NCBI GenBank assembly: GCA_050173015.1
Contig: JBFXLE010000009.1
Location: 64,001 to 128,000 of the forward strand
Direction of reading: 5' to 3'
From: Calditrichaceae bacterium
Lineage (GTDB): Bacteria; Calditrichota; Calditrichia; Calditrichales; JBFXGD01
DNA: 64,000 nucleotides
Position numbers and translations under genes: made by a program. A model generated the notes under the pieces. That model saw only the letters and a program-made list of their open reading frames with translations, searched no databases and had not been told where the DNA came from. Below, in pieces: positions 20,998 to 31,620 of this stretch. Each line of letters begins with the position of its first letter. Position 1 is the stretch's first letter.

Positions 20998-21900
20998 ATG
21001 AGTTTTAAAATACAAAAAAAATATTGGCAGGTTGCTAAAAAACTAACAACCGCGCAATTACAGAAGGAAAATTCCGACCAGTCTTTCCTGATGGAAGAAG
21101 ATTTTTTTAACATAGATATTGGGAAGAGAGGGCATAGCTTTTTTCTGGGATATTATTCAAAGGCGGGAATTGAACTCGCATTGGAAAAATATGATGTTAA
21201 GAAAATTCTAAAAGAGAAGGGATTCGAAAAACTTGTCCTTAATTTGGATACAAACGATCCCTACAGACACCGGTTAACGGTCTATGATAAGGTTCAGGAA
21301 CCGGACAAAATGCTGTTTGAGCTGATTCTGAAGAAAGAACGGATCCAGATCGATATGCCGTTCAGGACTGACCTAAACGGCAAAACATTTGAGACAATTG
21401 CGATTGAATGGATGTGTATGCAAAATCCATACAAAGATTTCACACCCGAAAAGCCCATATTGCCGGGTCAGCGATTTCCCGGTTTGGGGATGGCCTCAAA
21501 AGCGGTCGAATTGCTCATAATAATTTCCTGGCGCTTGAAGCTGGCCGGCCTGGTGAATATTCCACAGCATTTTCATAATGCCTGCCTCTATTCGAAGGTG
21601 TTTTATTACATAGATCCCCTGGATCAGGCAAAGCTGCTGGCCATGATAAGAGATACAAAAATCTATCCTCTTGAGAAGGTGGCCTGGGCAATGGAGTATG
21701 GAGCTATTACTGATTTGAATACCGGTCAGCCCGCAGAGTGGTTTGTTTCCAAACAAATTATACCGCTTGATTCCCAACTGAAAAAATTATTTAATTCAAG
21801 AGCATACAGGCAACTGGTGAAAAAGGAAGTTCAAAATTATAAATACAAACTGGACATACAAAAATATCTCGATGATGAAAAAAACAGGAGTACCAGATGA
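20998..21900 (+). CDS. Hypothetical protein, possible GNAT-fold acyltransferase
   Basis: 300-aa ORF in the operon; PGQRFPGLGMASKAVELL...HNACLY resembles GNAT motifs A and B; stop overlaps the efp start (ATGA). Confidence 0.6.
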   Translation: MSFKIQKKYWQVAKKLTTAQLQKENSDQSFLMEEDFFNIDIGKRGHSFFLGYYSKAGIELALEKYDVKKILKEKGFEKLVLNLDTNDPYRHRLTVYDKVQEPDKMLFELILKKERIQIDMPFRTDLNGKTFETIAIEWMCMQNPYKDFTPEKPILPGQRFPGLGMASKAVELLIIISWRLKLAGLVNIPQHFHNACLYSKVFYYIDPLDQAKLLAMIRDTKIYPLEKVAWAMEYGAITDLNTGQPAEWFVSKQIIPLDSQLKKLFNSRAYRQLVKKEVQNYKYKLDIQKYLDDEKNRSTR

Positions 21901-22460
21901 AGTTAAAAGCGACACAATTGCGCAAAGGAATGATCATTATATATAACGATGACCTCTATGTTCTTACCGATGTCATGCATGTTACCCCCGGAAAAGGTCA
22001 GGCCTCCGTTCAGACAAAAATGAAAAACATTAAGTCCGGTACCAACGCGGAAAACCGGTTCCGTTCGGATGAGACCGTTGAAAAGGCAAATTTAGAAAAT
22101 CGTGTCATGGAATATCTGTACGATGACGGACAGCATTATTATTTTATGGACAAGGAAACGTTTGAGCAGATTCCTCTTAGCTCAGAATTGTTGGGTGACG
22201 CGCATCTTTACATGCTTCCGAATATTTCAGTAGATGTGAGTTTTTATAATACTGAAGCCATTGGTGTGGATTTACCGAATACAGTGGATCTGAAAGTTGT
22301 TGAGACCGAGCCGACAATGAAAACGGCGACCATCACATCCTCTTATAAACCCGCGACACTGGAAACAGGTCTCAAAGTGCAGGTGCCGCAGTTTATATCG
22401 GAAGGTGAAGTGATCCGAATAGATACGCGTGACGGGAAATATCTCGAAAGAGCAAAATAA
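21897..22460 (+). CDS. efp: Elongation factor P
   Basis: HVTPGKGQA loop, KPATLETG, VPQFI..GE.I.IDTRDGKYLER. Confidence 0.97.
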   Translation: MKLKATQLRKGMIIIYNDDLYVLTDVMHVTPGKGQASVQTKMKNIKSGTNAENRFRSDETVEKANLENRVMEYLYDDGQHYYFMDKETFEQIPLSSELLGDAHLYMLPNISVDVSFYNTEAIGVDLPNTVDLKVVETEPTMKTATITSSYKPATLETGLKVQVPQFISEGEVIRIDTRDGKYLERAK

Positions 22461-22468
22461 TATTTCTT

Positions 22469-22500
22469 AATACCGGGTGGTAATGCCCGGTATTTTTTTT
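22469..22500 (+). terminator. Rho-independent terminator after efp
   Basis: AATACCGGG-tggtaatg-CCCGGTATT followed by a T run. Confidence 0.8.
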
Positions 22501-22611
22501 CCTGAATTCTCAAGATGTGTTCATTTTCTGTGAACTTCATTTGATATCAGAATAATAATGTTTCCGTATAGAATGTAATTTTATCGAAAATATTGAACGG
22601 AAGGCTCTGTT

Positions 22612-23958
22612 ATGTCCCGCTCAACCAAGTCAACCTTTATTTGCGCCGCCTGTGGATATCAAACCCAGCGCTGGTTGGGAAGATGTCCCGAATGCATGAG
22701 CTGGAGCAGTCTGGAAGAACATATCGAAAAAAGCCCGTCAGGCAATAAGGGTGACCGACCAATCCAAGCGGTTGAGCTCATCCCTTTAACGGAAAAAAGA
22801 AACACGAATGAAATTCGTGTGCGGACGGGTATTTCAGAGCTTGATCGAGTACTCGGGGGTGGAATTGTCCAGGGGGCGCTCATCATGATCGGTGGTGATC
22901 CCGGTATCGGAAAGTCCACGATTATGCTGCAAATGTTAAACAAAATTTCGGTCAGACAAAAAAGTGTCTACATTTCGGGCGAGGAGTCTCTTGAACAGAT
23001 ACAGGACCGGGCGGAACGAATTGGATTTGATAACAAGAATATCTTCTTCCTGAGTGAAACAAATATCGAAAATATGACCGGGTTGCTGGAAAAAGAAAAT
23101 CCCGCTCTGGTCATTATCGATTCCATACAAACGGTCAGCAGTGAAGAAATTGATGGCATTCCGGGAAATAGCAGCCAGCTTCGGTACTGTACGGCGAAAC
23201 TGCAATATTTCGCGAAATACAACAACATTCCGGTGTTTATCGTGGGCCATGTGACAAAAGACGGATCCATTGCGGGGCCAAAAATCATTGAACACATGGT
23301 GGACACGGTTCTCTATTTTGAGGGGGACAATAATCATGATTACAGGATACTGCGATGTATCAAAAACCGATTTGGCGCCGTAAATGAGATCGGAATTTTT
23401 CAAATGCAGAAGACCGGACTTGAACCGGTCTCTAATCCTTCTGAATTGTTCTTGAATAGCGGGGAACATGATCGTCAGGGAACCACCGTCATTGCCGTTA
23501 TGGAGGGAAACAGGCCGTTGCTGGTGGAGGTTCAGGCGCTGGTGACAAAAACACAGTTTGGGATGCCGCAGCGGACCTCGACCGGATTTGATCAGCGAAG
23601 GATTAATCTTTTACTTGCCGTGCTGGAGAAAAAATACGGCAAACCCTTTGGATTTCATGATGTCTTTATCAAAACTGCCGGCGGATTACGCATTGATGAA
23701 CCGGCCGCGGATCTGGGTATTTGCATGGCCTTGTTATCCAGCCTCCAGGAAAAGACGACTGATCACCAGACTGTATTTATCGGCGAGGTTGGATTAAATG
23801 GCGAACTCCGCGGTGTGAGTTCTCTTCAGGAGCGCGTTAGTGAAGCCGAAAAGCTGGGATTTAAAAACATCGTTATCCCGCGAGTAAAGAAATCTCCCGC
23901 AGTAAAAAAATCAAAACTTTATCAAATCTCGAAATTGGATGAAGTTTTCAACCACTAA
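22612..23958 (+). CDS. radA: DNA repair protein RadA/Sms
   Basis: C4 zinc finger CAACG...CPEC, Walker A GDPGIGKST, KNRFG motif. Confidence 0.97.
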   Translation: MSRSTKSTFICAACGYQTQRWLGRCPECMSWSSLEEHIEKSPSGNKGDRPIQAVELIPLTEKRNTNEIRVRTGISELDRVLGGGIVQGALIMIGGDPGIGKSTIMLQMLNKISVRQKSVYISGEESLEQIQDRAERIGFDNKNIFFLSETNIENMTGLLEKENPALVIIDSIQTVSSEEIDGIPGNSSQLRYCTAKLQYFAKYNNIPVFIVGHVTKDGSIAGPKIIEHMVDTVLYFEGDNNHDYRILRCIKNRFGAVNEIGIFQMQKTGLEPVSNPSELFLNSGEHDRQGTTVIAVMEGNRPLLVEVQALVTKTQFGMPQRTSTGFDQRRINLLLAVLEKKYGKPFGFHDVFIKTAGGLRIDEPAADLGICMALLSSLQEKTTDHQTVFIGEVGLNGELRGVSSLQERVSEAEKLGFKNIVIPRVKKSPAVKKSKLYQISKLDEVFNH

Positions 23959-24136
23959 AAATTTACATCCGGCCGCCCCCGGCAATATATCCTAATTGTA
24001 TGATGTCATTATGGCGCACTAATAAGACATTTGTTCCGATAAATTGAAATACTGACATGTTTACTGTCTTGACAATTTTTAATGTGAGTATTGTTAAATT
24101 GATTAATAATAGGCATTTATCAATATATTTGCGACT

Positions 24137-24153
24137 TTGGCACGCATATTGTC
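24137..24153 (+). promoter_or_regulatory. Candidate sigma-54 (-24/-12) promoter of hsp20
   Basis: TTGGCACG-CATA-TTGT, one mismatch to TGGCACG-N4-TTGC. Confidence 0.45.
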
Positions 24154-24209
24154 TAATATAATATCAAACTAATGATAATTGATAGATAATATCAGTAAAG
24201 GGAGGCAGT

Positions 24210-24644
24210 ATGAATATGTTAAAATTAAATCCGATCGGAAATTATATTTCACCGTCGCGTCAAAATGAGCACATATTAAATGATTTTTTTGGTACAGAAG
24301 TCGGTGATAGTCGTTTTCAGGATTTCCAGCCACCGGTGAATGTGCTGGAAAACGATGACGCGTTTATTATGACTTTTGAAATTCCGGGTATTGCAAAAAA
24401 GGATGTGAATATTACTTTTAAAGATGATGTGTTATCTGTCAGCGGAGAGAAAAAAATCGACAATAAAGCTGACAAAGCGGTTTTCCATCGCTTTGAAAGA
24501 AAAAATGGCAAATTCCAACGAGCATTTTACATCAATGAAAAAATTGACCCGGAAGGTATCGACGCATCCTTCAGAGACGGAATTCTGACGATAGTATTAC
24601 CCAAAGCGGAAGAAGCGAAACCGAGAGAAATCAAAGTAAATTAA
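24210..24644 (+). CDS. Hsp20/alpha-crystallin small heat-shock protein
   Basis: PPVNVLE...EIPGI.K.DV, ER..G.FQRAF, ASFRDGILTIVLPK. Confidence 0.95.
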   Translation: MNMLKLNPIGNYISPSRQNEHILNDFFGTEVGDSRFQDFQPPVNVLENDDAFIMTFEIPGIAKKDVNITFKDDVLSVSGEKKIDNKADKAVFHRFERKNGKFQRAFYINEKIDPEGIDASFRDGILTIVLPKAEEAKPREIKVN

Positions 24645-24666
24645 TATCATTTTATTGAATTCAAAG

Positions 24667-24695
24667 AAAAGCAGGTCATTGTACCTGCTTTTTTT
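24667..24695 (+). terminator. Rho-independent terminator after hsp20
   Basis: AAAAGCAGGT-cattgt-ACCTGCTTTT plus T run. Confidence 0.8.
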
Positions 24696-24821
24696 GTTTA
24701 TAAATCGGAAAAGTTGAGTCATGATTAAAATTAGTTGCGGAATATAAACCTATTTATGTAACTTAATAGCAATATAATCATAAACTTTAGATGATGTTCA
24801 ACTAATGGCAAAGGAAATTAT

Positions 24822-24974
24822 ATGAACTTTGGGTTAACCGAATTAATCATCATTTTTGCAATTATTATTCTTTTATTCGGAGCAAAAAGGCTGCCTGATC
24901 TGGCGAAAAGCCTTGGATCCAGTATCAAACAGTTCAAAAAAGGCGCCAGTGAAGACGATGAGGAAGAAAAATAA
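24822..24974 (+). CDS. tatA: Twin-arginine translocase TatA/TatE subunit (50 aa)
   Basis: Below the track cutoff. [43 protein letters not shown] helix, FG hinge, amphipathic helix; AAGGA RBS. Confidence 0.93.
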   Translation: MNFGLTELIIIFAIIILLFGAKRLPDLAKSLGSSIKQFKKGASEDDEEEK

Positions 24975-25072
24975 AACGACATCTGTCGTTCTGGCATAAT
25001 TTACTAATCAATCCTTCCTGAAATACATTCCTGTATACTCAACAGAATCAATAAGTTACGTGTTTAATTCGA

Positions 25073-25089
25073 TTGGCATTGTTATTGCA
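25073..25089 (+). promoter_or_regulatory. Candidate sigma-54 (-24/-12) promoter of clpB
   Basis: TTGGCAT-TGTTA-TTGCA with canonical GG-N10-GC spacing. Confidence 0.55.
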
Positions 25090-25121
25090 GCTCCTGAAAA
25101 TAAACTATTATGGAGGTTGGA

Positions 25122-27734
25122 ATGAATTTTGAAAATTATACGATTAAAGCTCAGGAGGCTTTACAAAAGGCGAGTCATATGGCCGTTGAAAATGAGCACC
25201 AGCAAATTGAACCTGAACATTTGTTAAAAGCGCTGATAAGCGATGCGGATGGCGTTGTCAGCGCTACCATAAGAAAATACGGTGTCCCGATTGATTTGAT
25301 AATCAATAAACTTGATGAAACGTTTAAAAATATGCCCAGAGTTTACGGCGGATCGACCGGTAATGCCTATTTTAGTGACCGTTTACAGAGGATTTTTCGT
25401 GAGGCGGGCAATGAAGCTCACGCATTGCATGATGATTTTATAAGTACTGAGCATTTGTTTATTTCGATAAGCGCGGAAAGAAACGGAAGCGCGGCTGAAA
25501 TATTAGGTTCAGTTGGTTTAAACAAAGAGATGATCCTAAAAGCGCTTCGTGAAGTCAGAGGAAATCAGCGTGTAACGGACCAGAATCCAGAAGCAAAATA
25601 TCAGGCCCTGGAAAGATACAGCAAAGACCTGACAAGGTTGGCATACCAGGGAAAACTAGATCCCGTCATTGGTCGTGACGAGGAGATTCGCAGGGTGTTG
25701 CAGGTACTCTCGAGACGCACCAAGAATAATCCGGTTTTGATTGGTGAACCGGGGGTTGGCAAAACCGCGGTTGTTGAAGGCATTGCGCACAGAATTGTCA
25801 ATGGGGATATCCCTGAAAATTTGAAAGATAAAAAAATTGTAGCGCTGGACATGGGAGCTCTCATCGCGGGCGCAAAATTCAGAGGAGAGTTTGAAGAGCG
25901 TCTAAAAGCAGTGTTAAAAGAAGTTGTCGAATCCCAGGGTAAAATCATCCTGTTCATTGATGAACTGCATACACTTGTTGGGGCGGGAGCGGCCGAGGGC
26001 GCGATGGACGCTTCCAATATGCTGAAACCGGTTTTAGCAAGAGGCGAGCTGAGAGCGGTCGGCGCCACTACGATTAATGAATACAGAAAATATATTGAAA
26101 AGGATGCCGCGTTTGAAAGAAGATTTCAGCCGGTTTTAGTGGAAGAGCCGTCAGTCGAAGATACCATATCCATCTTGCGCGGGCTCAAGGAAAAATATGA
26201 GGTTCATCACGGGGTACGGATTCAGGATTCAGCGCTGGTGTCGGCGGCCGTTTTGTCTCACCGCTATATCTCCGACCGCTTTCTTCCTGACAAAGCCATC
26301 GATCTTGTGGACGAAGCCGCGTCTAAATTGAGGATTGAAATTGATTCTATGCCTGAAGAACTGGACGATGTGGAGAGAAGAATTAAACAACTCGAAATTG
26401 AAACGGTTGCTTTAAAGAAGGAAAAAGATAAGGTTTCTGCTGAACGGCTTTTAGTCGTCAAAAATGAGATTCGCAATTTGAGTGAATCCTCGGCGCGGTT
26501 GAAAACCCAGTGGAAGGCGGAAAAAGATATCATTCAATCGATTCGGAGTCTGAAATCAAAAATCGATGAATATAAGAGTGAAATGGAAAAATCCGAGCGT
26601 GACGGAGAATTAAACCGGGTCGCTGAAATTCGCTATGGCCGTATTCCGGAAGCAGAAAAAGAATTGCTTCAGTTGAATGAAAGGCTGTCGGAGTTGCAAA
26701 AAACAAAAAAAATGTTGAAGGAGGAAGTGGGAGACGAAGATATCGCTGAGATAGTATCAAAATGGACGGGAATTCCCGTCAGTAAGATGCTGGAAAGCGA
26801 AAAAGAAAAATTACTGAAAATGGAAGACAGAATGGAAGAACGTGTGATCGGGCAGCATGAAGCGGTCGTATCCGTATCAAACGCCATTCGAAGATCCAGA
26901 TCCGGTCTGAGCGATCAGAACAGACCAATCGGTTCTTTTATCTTTTTGGGTTCGACGGGAGTGGGTAAAACGGAGCTGGCAAGAGCACTGGCGGAATTTT
27001 TATTTGATGACGAAAACGCCATGATTAGGATAGACATGTCCGAATATATGGAGAGTCACAGTGTGTCCCGTCTCATCGGCGCTCCACCCGGATATGTAGG
27101 ATATGATGAAGGGGGCCAGCTCACCGAGGCCGTTCGCCGGAAGCCCTATTCCGTAATTCTGCTCGATGAAATTGAAAAGGCTCATCACGATGTTTTTAAT
27201 ATTCTGTTACAGGTTCTTGATGACGGGCGGTTGACCGATAATAAGGGTAGAACGGTAAATTTTAAGAATAGCATAATCATTATGACCTCCAATCTGGGCG
27301 CTCAGTATATCAGGGAGCGAACCGATGAACTGGCAGGGTCAGATACAGAGATGATTTATGAAGAAATTAAGGTAAAAGTGTTTGATATCCTGAAACAGAG
27401 CCTGAGACCGGAATTTTTAAATCGTGTTGATGATATTATAGTGTTTCATGCTTTAAGCAGGGATAATCTCAGAGAAATTATACGGATACAATTTAGTCTC
27501 ATTCAAAAATTACTGGTGGAAAAAGGACTGAGCGCGGAACTTTCCGACAGGGCGGTAGACTATCTGATTCAAAAAGGGTATGATCCGGCTTTCGGAGCAA
27601 GGCCATTGAAACGCCTGCTGCAGAAGGAAGTCGTGGATCAGCTCGCGAAAGAACTAATCGCCGGTAACATTGTCCAGGGTGATCAATTTAAGATTGATTA
27701 CGATTCTGATAAAATAACTTTTCAAAAAAACTAA
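25122..27734 (+). CDS. clpB: ATP-dependent chaperone ClpB
   Basis: Two AAA+ modules ([16 protein letters not shown]), coiled-coil middle domain, [12 protein letters not shown] at 25122 follows GGAGG. Confidence 0.97.
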   Translation: MNFENYTIKAQEALQKASHMAVENEHQQIEPEHLLKALISDADGVVSATIRKYGVPIDLIINKLDETFKNMPRVYGGSTGNAYFSDRLQRIFREAGNEAHALHDDFISTEHLFISISAERNGSAAEILGSVGLNKEMILKALREVRGNQRVTDQNPEAKYQALERYSKDLTRLAYQGKLDPVIGRDEEIRRVLQVLSRRTKNNPVLIGEPGVGKTAVVEGIAHRIVNGDIPENLKDKKIVALDMGALIAGAKFRGEFEERLKAVLKEVVESQGKIILFIDELHTLVGAGAAEGAMDASNMLKPVLARGELRAVGATTINEYRKYIEKDAAFERRFQPVLVEEPSVEDTISILRGLKEKYEVHHGVRIQDSALVSAAVLSHRYISDRFLPDKAIDLVDEAASKLRIEIDSMPEELDDVERRIKQLEIETVALKKEKDKVSAERLLVVKNEIRNLSESSARLKTQWKAEKDIIQSIRSLKSKIDEYKSEMEKSERDGELNRVAEIRYGRIPEAEKELLQLNERLSELQKTKKMLKEEVGDEDIAEIVSKWTGIPVSKMLESEKEKLLKMEDRMEERVIGQHEAVVSVSNAIRRSRSGLSDQNRPIGSFIFLGSTGVGKTELARALAEFLFDDENAMIRIDMSEYMESHSVSRLIGAPPGYVGYDEGGQLTEAVRRKPYSVILLDEIEKAHHDVFNILLQVLDDGRLTDNKGRTVNFKNSIIIMTSNLGAQYIRERTDELAGSDTEMIYEEIKVKVFDILKQSLRPEFLNRVDDIIVFHALSRDNLREIIRIQFSLIQKLLVEKGLSAELSDRAVDYLIQKGYDPAFGARPLKRLLQKEVVDQLAKELIAGNIVQGDQFKIDYDSDKITFQKN

Positions 27735-27740
27735 AATCAC

Positions 27741-27776
27741 AGGGGACAAGGTTGTATGTCTGTCCTTGTCCCTTTT
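27741..27776 (+). terminator. Rho-independent terminator after clpB
   Basis: GGGACAAGG...CCTTGTCCC followed by TTTT. Confidence 0.7.
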
Positions 27777-27982
27777 ATTTTTATAAAAATGGTAAAATCG
27801 TTATTAATTATTGTCATTATTAGCAGAAAATTACCATTTTTTTTTTTATTCCCCTGTTTTTTTATTACATTTAAAAATTATTTTTGAATCATAATTAAAA
27901 CTATCAAATTTCACAATAAACAATCAGCAATTTCGATTTTGATAAGTTCACGGGATCGAAAGAAATAATATATAAAGGATGT

Positions 27983-29023
27983 ATGATGGCAGATAAAACT
28001 AAAGATAAAGGTAACGTATATAATATCACTCTTATCCCCGGTGACGGAATCGGACCGGAAGTTACTTCCGCTGCCCGAAGAGTGATTGCGGCGGCCGGGA
28101 TAGTGGTGGACTGGGAAATTGCGGATGGAGGCTCTGTTGCCCTTGAAAAACATGGCACAACGCTTCCGGATGAAACTCTGGAATCGATTAAGAAAAATAA
28201 AGTTGCTCTAAAAGGACCTATTACCACACCGATCGGGGGAGGTTTTCAATCGGTTAATGTTGGTCTTAGAAAGGCGTTGGATCTTTATTCTAATGTTCGT
28301 CCAGTACGTTCAGCTCTTGGAATTTCTTTACATCATACACCAATTGATCTTGTCATATTCAGAGAAAACACGGAAGATCTGTATAGCGGGATGGAATACG
28401 AAGTCGCGCCCGGTGTCGCGCAAAGTTTAAAAATTATTACCGAAAAAGCATCCACACGCATCGCAAAAGCGGCGTTTAAATGGGCTAGTGAGCGTAAACG
28501 GAAGACCATCCATGCTGTGCATAAAGCCAATATTATGAAGAAGAGTGACGGACTTTTCCTTGATAGTGTCAGAAAAGTCGCCGCCCAATATCCGGAAATT
28601 ACCTATAAGGAAATTATAGTAGATAACTGCGCTATGCAAATGGTGATGCATCCTGAGCAGTTTGACGTGATGGTTTTAGGCAATCTTTATGGTGATATTA
28701 TTTCTGACCTTGCCGCGGGGCTGGTTGGGGGACTCGGAGTCGTTCCGGGCGCCAATCTTGGTGATGATATCGCCGTTTTTGAATCGGTTCACGGGAGCGC
28801 GCCGGACATCGCGGGTAAAGGAGTAGCGAATCCCATGGCCACGATTTTATCCGCAAATATGATGCTGCGCCATATCGGTGAAGAAAAAGCCGCGGACCGC
28901 GTCCAGGCGGCGCTGGTTCTCTTCCTTTCGGAAAAAAAATGTCTGACTCCGGATCTCGGCGGGAATGCCACAACCGATAAAATGGTTGACGGTATTATTG
29001 AAAAGATAAATTTACTGAAATAG
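27983..29023 (+). CDS. Isocitrate/isopropylmalate dehydrogenase family protein, probably NAD-dependent isocitrate dehydrogenase
   Basis: IPGDGIGPEV, SVNVGLRK.LDLYSNVRP, RENTEDLY, NLYGDIISD, HGSAPDIAGK. Confidence 0.9.
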   Translation: MMADKTKDKGNVYNITLIPGDGIGPEVTSAARRVIAAAGIVVDWEIADGGSVALEKHGTTLPDETLESIKKNKVALKGPITTPIGGGFQSVNVGLRKALDLYSNVRPVRSALGISLHHTPIDLVIFRENTEDLYSGMEYEVAPGVAQSLKIITEKASTRIAKAAFKWASERKRKTIHAVHKANIMKKSDGLFLDSVRKVAAQYPEITYKEIIVDNCAMQMVMHPEQFDVMVLGNLYGDIISDLAAGLVGGLGVVPGANLGDDIAVFESVHGSAPDIAGKGVANPMATILSANMMLRHIGEEKAADRVQAALVLFLSEKKCLTPDLGGNATTDKMVDGIIEKINLLK

Positions 29024-29216
29024 GTCGAGTGATCGATATCGCCGGAAAGTATAAAAATAAAATAGTTTGGAGGCATAACCTTCTCTATAGACTGAAATTC
29101 TCGCTAAAAACACACATGCATCACAACTTTAGCTGGTGATTTGGTTATTATTTTCATAGCTGTATGATGAGGTGTGTAGAATGAATCTAATCAGATAAAA
29201 GGTTTTGTTTCGGAAT

Positions 29217-30200
29217 ATGAATAGAAAATTTGAAGAATTACATAAACTGATTTTGAAGAATGAGAGATTTGTGTTGACCAGTCATGTTTATACTGACGGG
29301 GATGCTTTGGGTTCTCTCCTGGCGTTAAATCAGTATTTAAAGAGTTTAAATAAAACGGTTGATGTGATTGTACCCGGTGAGATCCCTCCGAAATACGACT
29401 TTCTCAATACGGAGAATATCATTAACCGGCTTGACGATACTCACACAAAAATAGCAATCAAAAACGCGGATGTGATTATCATCCTGGATGTCAGCGCACT
29501 CGACAGGCTGAATCATCTTTACGAACCTGTTCATGCGAGTAAGGCCTATAAGGTTTGTCTTGATCACCATCCGGTTAAACAGGATTGGATAGATTTACTT
29601 TTAGTTGATCTTGAAAAAGTAGCGACCGGCGAAATCATTTATGAATTTTTCAAATTTTGTAATACGGAAATCTCCATGTCCATCGCCGAAGCGTTATATA
29701 CATCGATCTTATCCGATTCAGGCGGTTTTAGATTTCACCGGACGGGTGTATCAACATTCAAAATGGCCGCGGATCTCGTAAGCGCCGGTATCGATCCAAC
29801 TGATATCTATAACCGTGTGTTTGAGAGTGGAAATCTGCGACAGTTAAAGGCCTGGGGACAGTTATTATCCAATATCCGCTCCAATGGCAGAGTCACCTGG
29901 GCGGTTGCCGACAAAAATCTGTTAGGCGTCCATGGAATCACTCTTGAAGAAGTTGACGGTATTATCGATCTTTTACGTAAGAATGATCAGGCGGATGTCG
30001 TTATCGTCTTCATCGAAAAGGAGATCAACGAAATTTTGGTAGGATTACGATCCAAAAATGGAATCAATGTTGCGGAAATTGCCGGAAAATTCGGTGGAGG
30101 CGGTCATTATCACGCCGCCGGCTTTACTTCACGTGAACCGCTATCAGATGTCATTAACCTGACCCTCAAATATATCCCCGGTGTCAATATCGAAAATTAA
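29217..30200 (+). CDS. nrnA: DHH/DHHA1 phosphoesterase (bifunctional oligoribonuclease/PAP phosphatase NrnA-like)
   Basis: H..TDGDALGS, LDHH, SDSGGF, GGGGHYHAAG. Confidence 0.9.
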   Translation: MNRKFEELHKLILKNERFVLTSHVYTDGDALGSLLALNQYLKSLNKTVDVIVPGEIPPKYDFLNTENIINRLDDTHTKIAIKNADVIIILDVSALDRLNHLYEPVHASKAYKVCLDHHPVKQDWIDLLLVDLEKVATGEIIYEFFKFCNTEISMSIAEALYTSILSDSGGFRFHRTGVSTFKMAADLVSAGIDPTDIYNRVFESGNLRQLKAWGQLLSNIRSNGRVTWAVADKNLLGVHGITLEEVDGIIDLLRKNDQADVVIVFIEKEINEILVGLRSKNGINVAEIAGKFGGGGHYHAAGFTSREPLSDVINLTLKYIPGVNIEN

Positions 30201-30209
30201 AGGACCCAA

Positions 30210-31364
30210 ATGATTCGATACTTAACGGCCGGAGAATCCCACGGCCCCGGACTTGTCGGAATCGTTGAAGGGATTCCGGCAAATCTTGAGATAGACATTG
30301 AAAAAGTAAATCACGAATTATATCGCCGCCAGCAAGGCTATGGAAGAGGCGGGCGAATGCGAATCGAAAATGACCGTATCGAAGTTTTGTCGGGTATTCG
30401 TTTCCGCAAAACATTGGGAAGTCCGATCAGTTTTGTGCTTCGAAACCGGGACTGGGAAAATTGGCGTGATGAAATGTCTGTCGGGCAGGGCCGGTCTGCA
30501 AAGCCGATCAGCAAACCGCGTCCCGGTCACGCCGATTTACCGGGCGCTCTAAAGTATGGTTTTGATGATATTCGAAATGTACTTGAGCGGTCCAGCGCGA
30601 GAGAGACGGCAATGCGAGTGGCGGCCGGAGGATTTGTCCGACAGTTTCTCGAATCATTTGATATTCAGATCTATTCTCATGTCATTCAGGTCGGTCCTGT
30701 GCGGGTTGACGCGGAGATTCTCGAAAAAGCCAGGAAGATAAAGGATCTTAAAGAGATAACCGATGCTTCGCCCGTAAGATGCCTGGATAAAAAAACCGAA
30801 GAGAAAATGGTTAACTATATTCATGAGGTGAAAAAGGAAGGCGACACGACCGGAGGAATCATCGAAATAATAATCAGGAATGTTCCACCCGGATTGGGAG
30901 GCTATATTCAATGGGACCGGAAATTAGATTCCTTGCTCGCGTCGGCGCTGATGTCGATTCAGGCGGTAAAAGGGGTGGAGGTTGGAACCGGATTTGAAGG
31001 AGTGGCCCGGAAAGGTTCTGAATTTCATGATGAAATTTTTCATGATGGTAAAAGATATTTGAGAAAAACGAATAATGCCGGAGGTATCGAAGGCGGTATG
31101 TCCAATGGTGAGGATATTATTCTTAGAATTGTCATGAAACCAATTCCCACACTAATGAAACCACTAAGTTCTGTTGATATGAACACAAAGGAGTCTTTTC
31201 AAGCCCATAAGGAACGAAGCGATGTCACGGCTGTACCGGCATGCGCGGTGATCGCGGAAGCGGTTACGGCGCCTGTTATCGCGGGTGTTTTTCTGGATAA
31301 GTTTGGTTCCGATAGCATGGAAGACATAAAATCAGCATATAAATTGTATATGAATAGAATTTAA
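30210..31364 (+). CDS. aroC: Chorismate synthase
   Basis: TAGESHG, RPGHAD, ERSSARETA, GGIEGGMSNG, MKPIPT. Confidence 0.98.
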   Translation: MIRYLTAGESHGPGLVGIVEGIPANLEIDIEKVNHELYRRQQGYGRGGRMRIENDRIEVLSGIRFRKTLGSPISFVLRNRDWENWRDEMSVGQGRSAKPISKPRPGHADLPGALKYGFDDIRNVLERSSARETAMRVAAGGFVRQFLESFDIQIYSHVIQVGPVRVDAEILEKARKIKDLKEITDASPVRCLDKKTEEKMVNYIHEVKKEGDTTGGIIEIIIRNVPPGLGGYIQWDRKLDSLLASALMSIQAVKGVEVGTGFEGVARKGSEFHDEIFHDGKRYLRKTNNAGGIEGGMSNGEDIILRIVMKPIPTLMKPLSSVDMNTKESFQAHKERSDVTAVPACAVIAEAVTAPVIAGVFLDKFGSDSMEDIKSAYKLYMNRI

Positions 31365-31381
31365 ATATAGGATTAGTTAAA

Positions 31382-31609
31382 ATGAAATTGATAATTGAAT
31401 ATTGTGTTGTTTGAAATTATTACCCCAGAGCCGCCAGTTTGGCGCAGGAATTAGAAAAAAAATTTGATCTGGAAATTGATCTGGTAAAAAGCAGCGGCGG
31501 AAGATTTGAGGTCTTTCTTAATGATGAGCAGATATTTTCCAAATACAATACATATCGTTTTCCGGAAGAAGGCGAGATTGAAAGAATGATCAGTGAAAAG
31601 ATTGCCTGA
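31382..31609 (+). CDS. SelT/SelW/SelH (Rdx-family) selenoprotein, CxxU motif, 75 aa
   Basis: MKLIIEYCVV-(TGA 31412-31414)-NYYPRAASLAQEL...SSGGRFEVFLNDEQIFSKYNTYRFPEEGEI. Family similarity continues through the TGA; hairpin CGCCA-GTT-TGGCG downstream is a SECIS candidate. Confidence 0.88.
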
Positions 31610-31620
31610 TGAATGCGGTT

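Noticed and set aside
24000-25100. CIRCE/HrcA operator near the heat-shock genes
   Set aside because: No TTAGCACTC-N9-GAGTGCTAA match.
29105-29180. Possible structured RNA before nrnA (ACACAC...CATCA / TGATG...GTGTGT)
   Set aside because: Pairing is patchy and matches no family I can recognise; an Rfam search would be needed.
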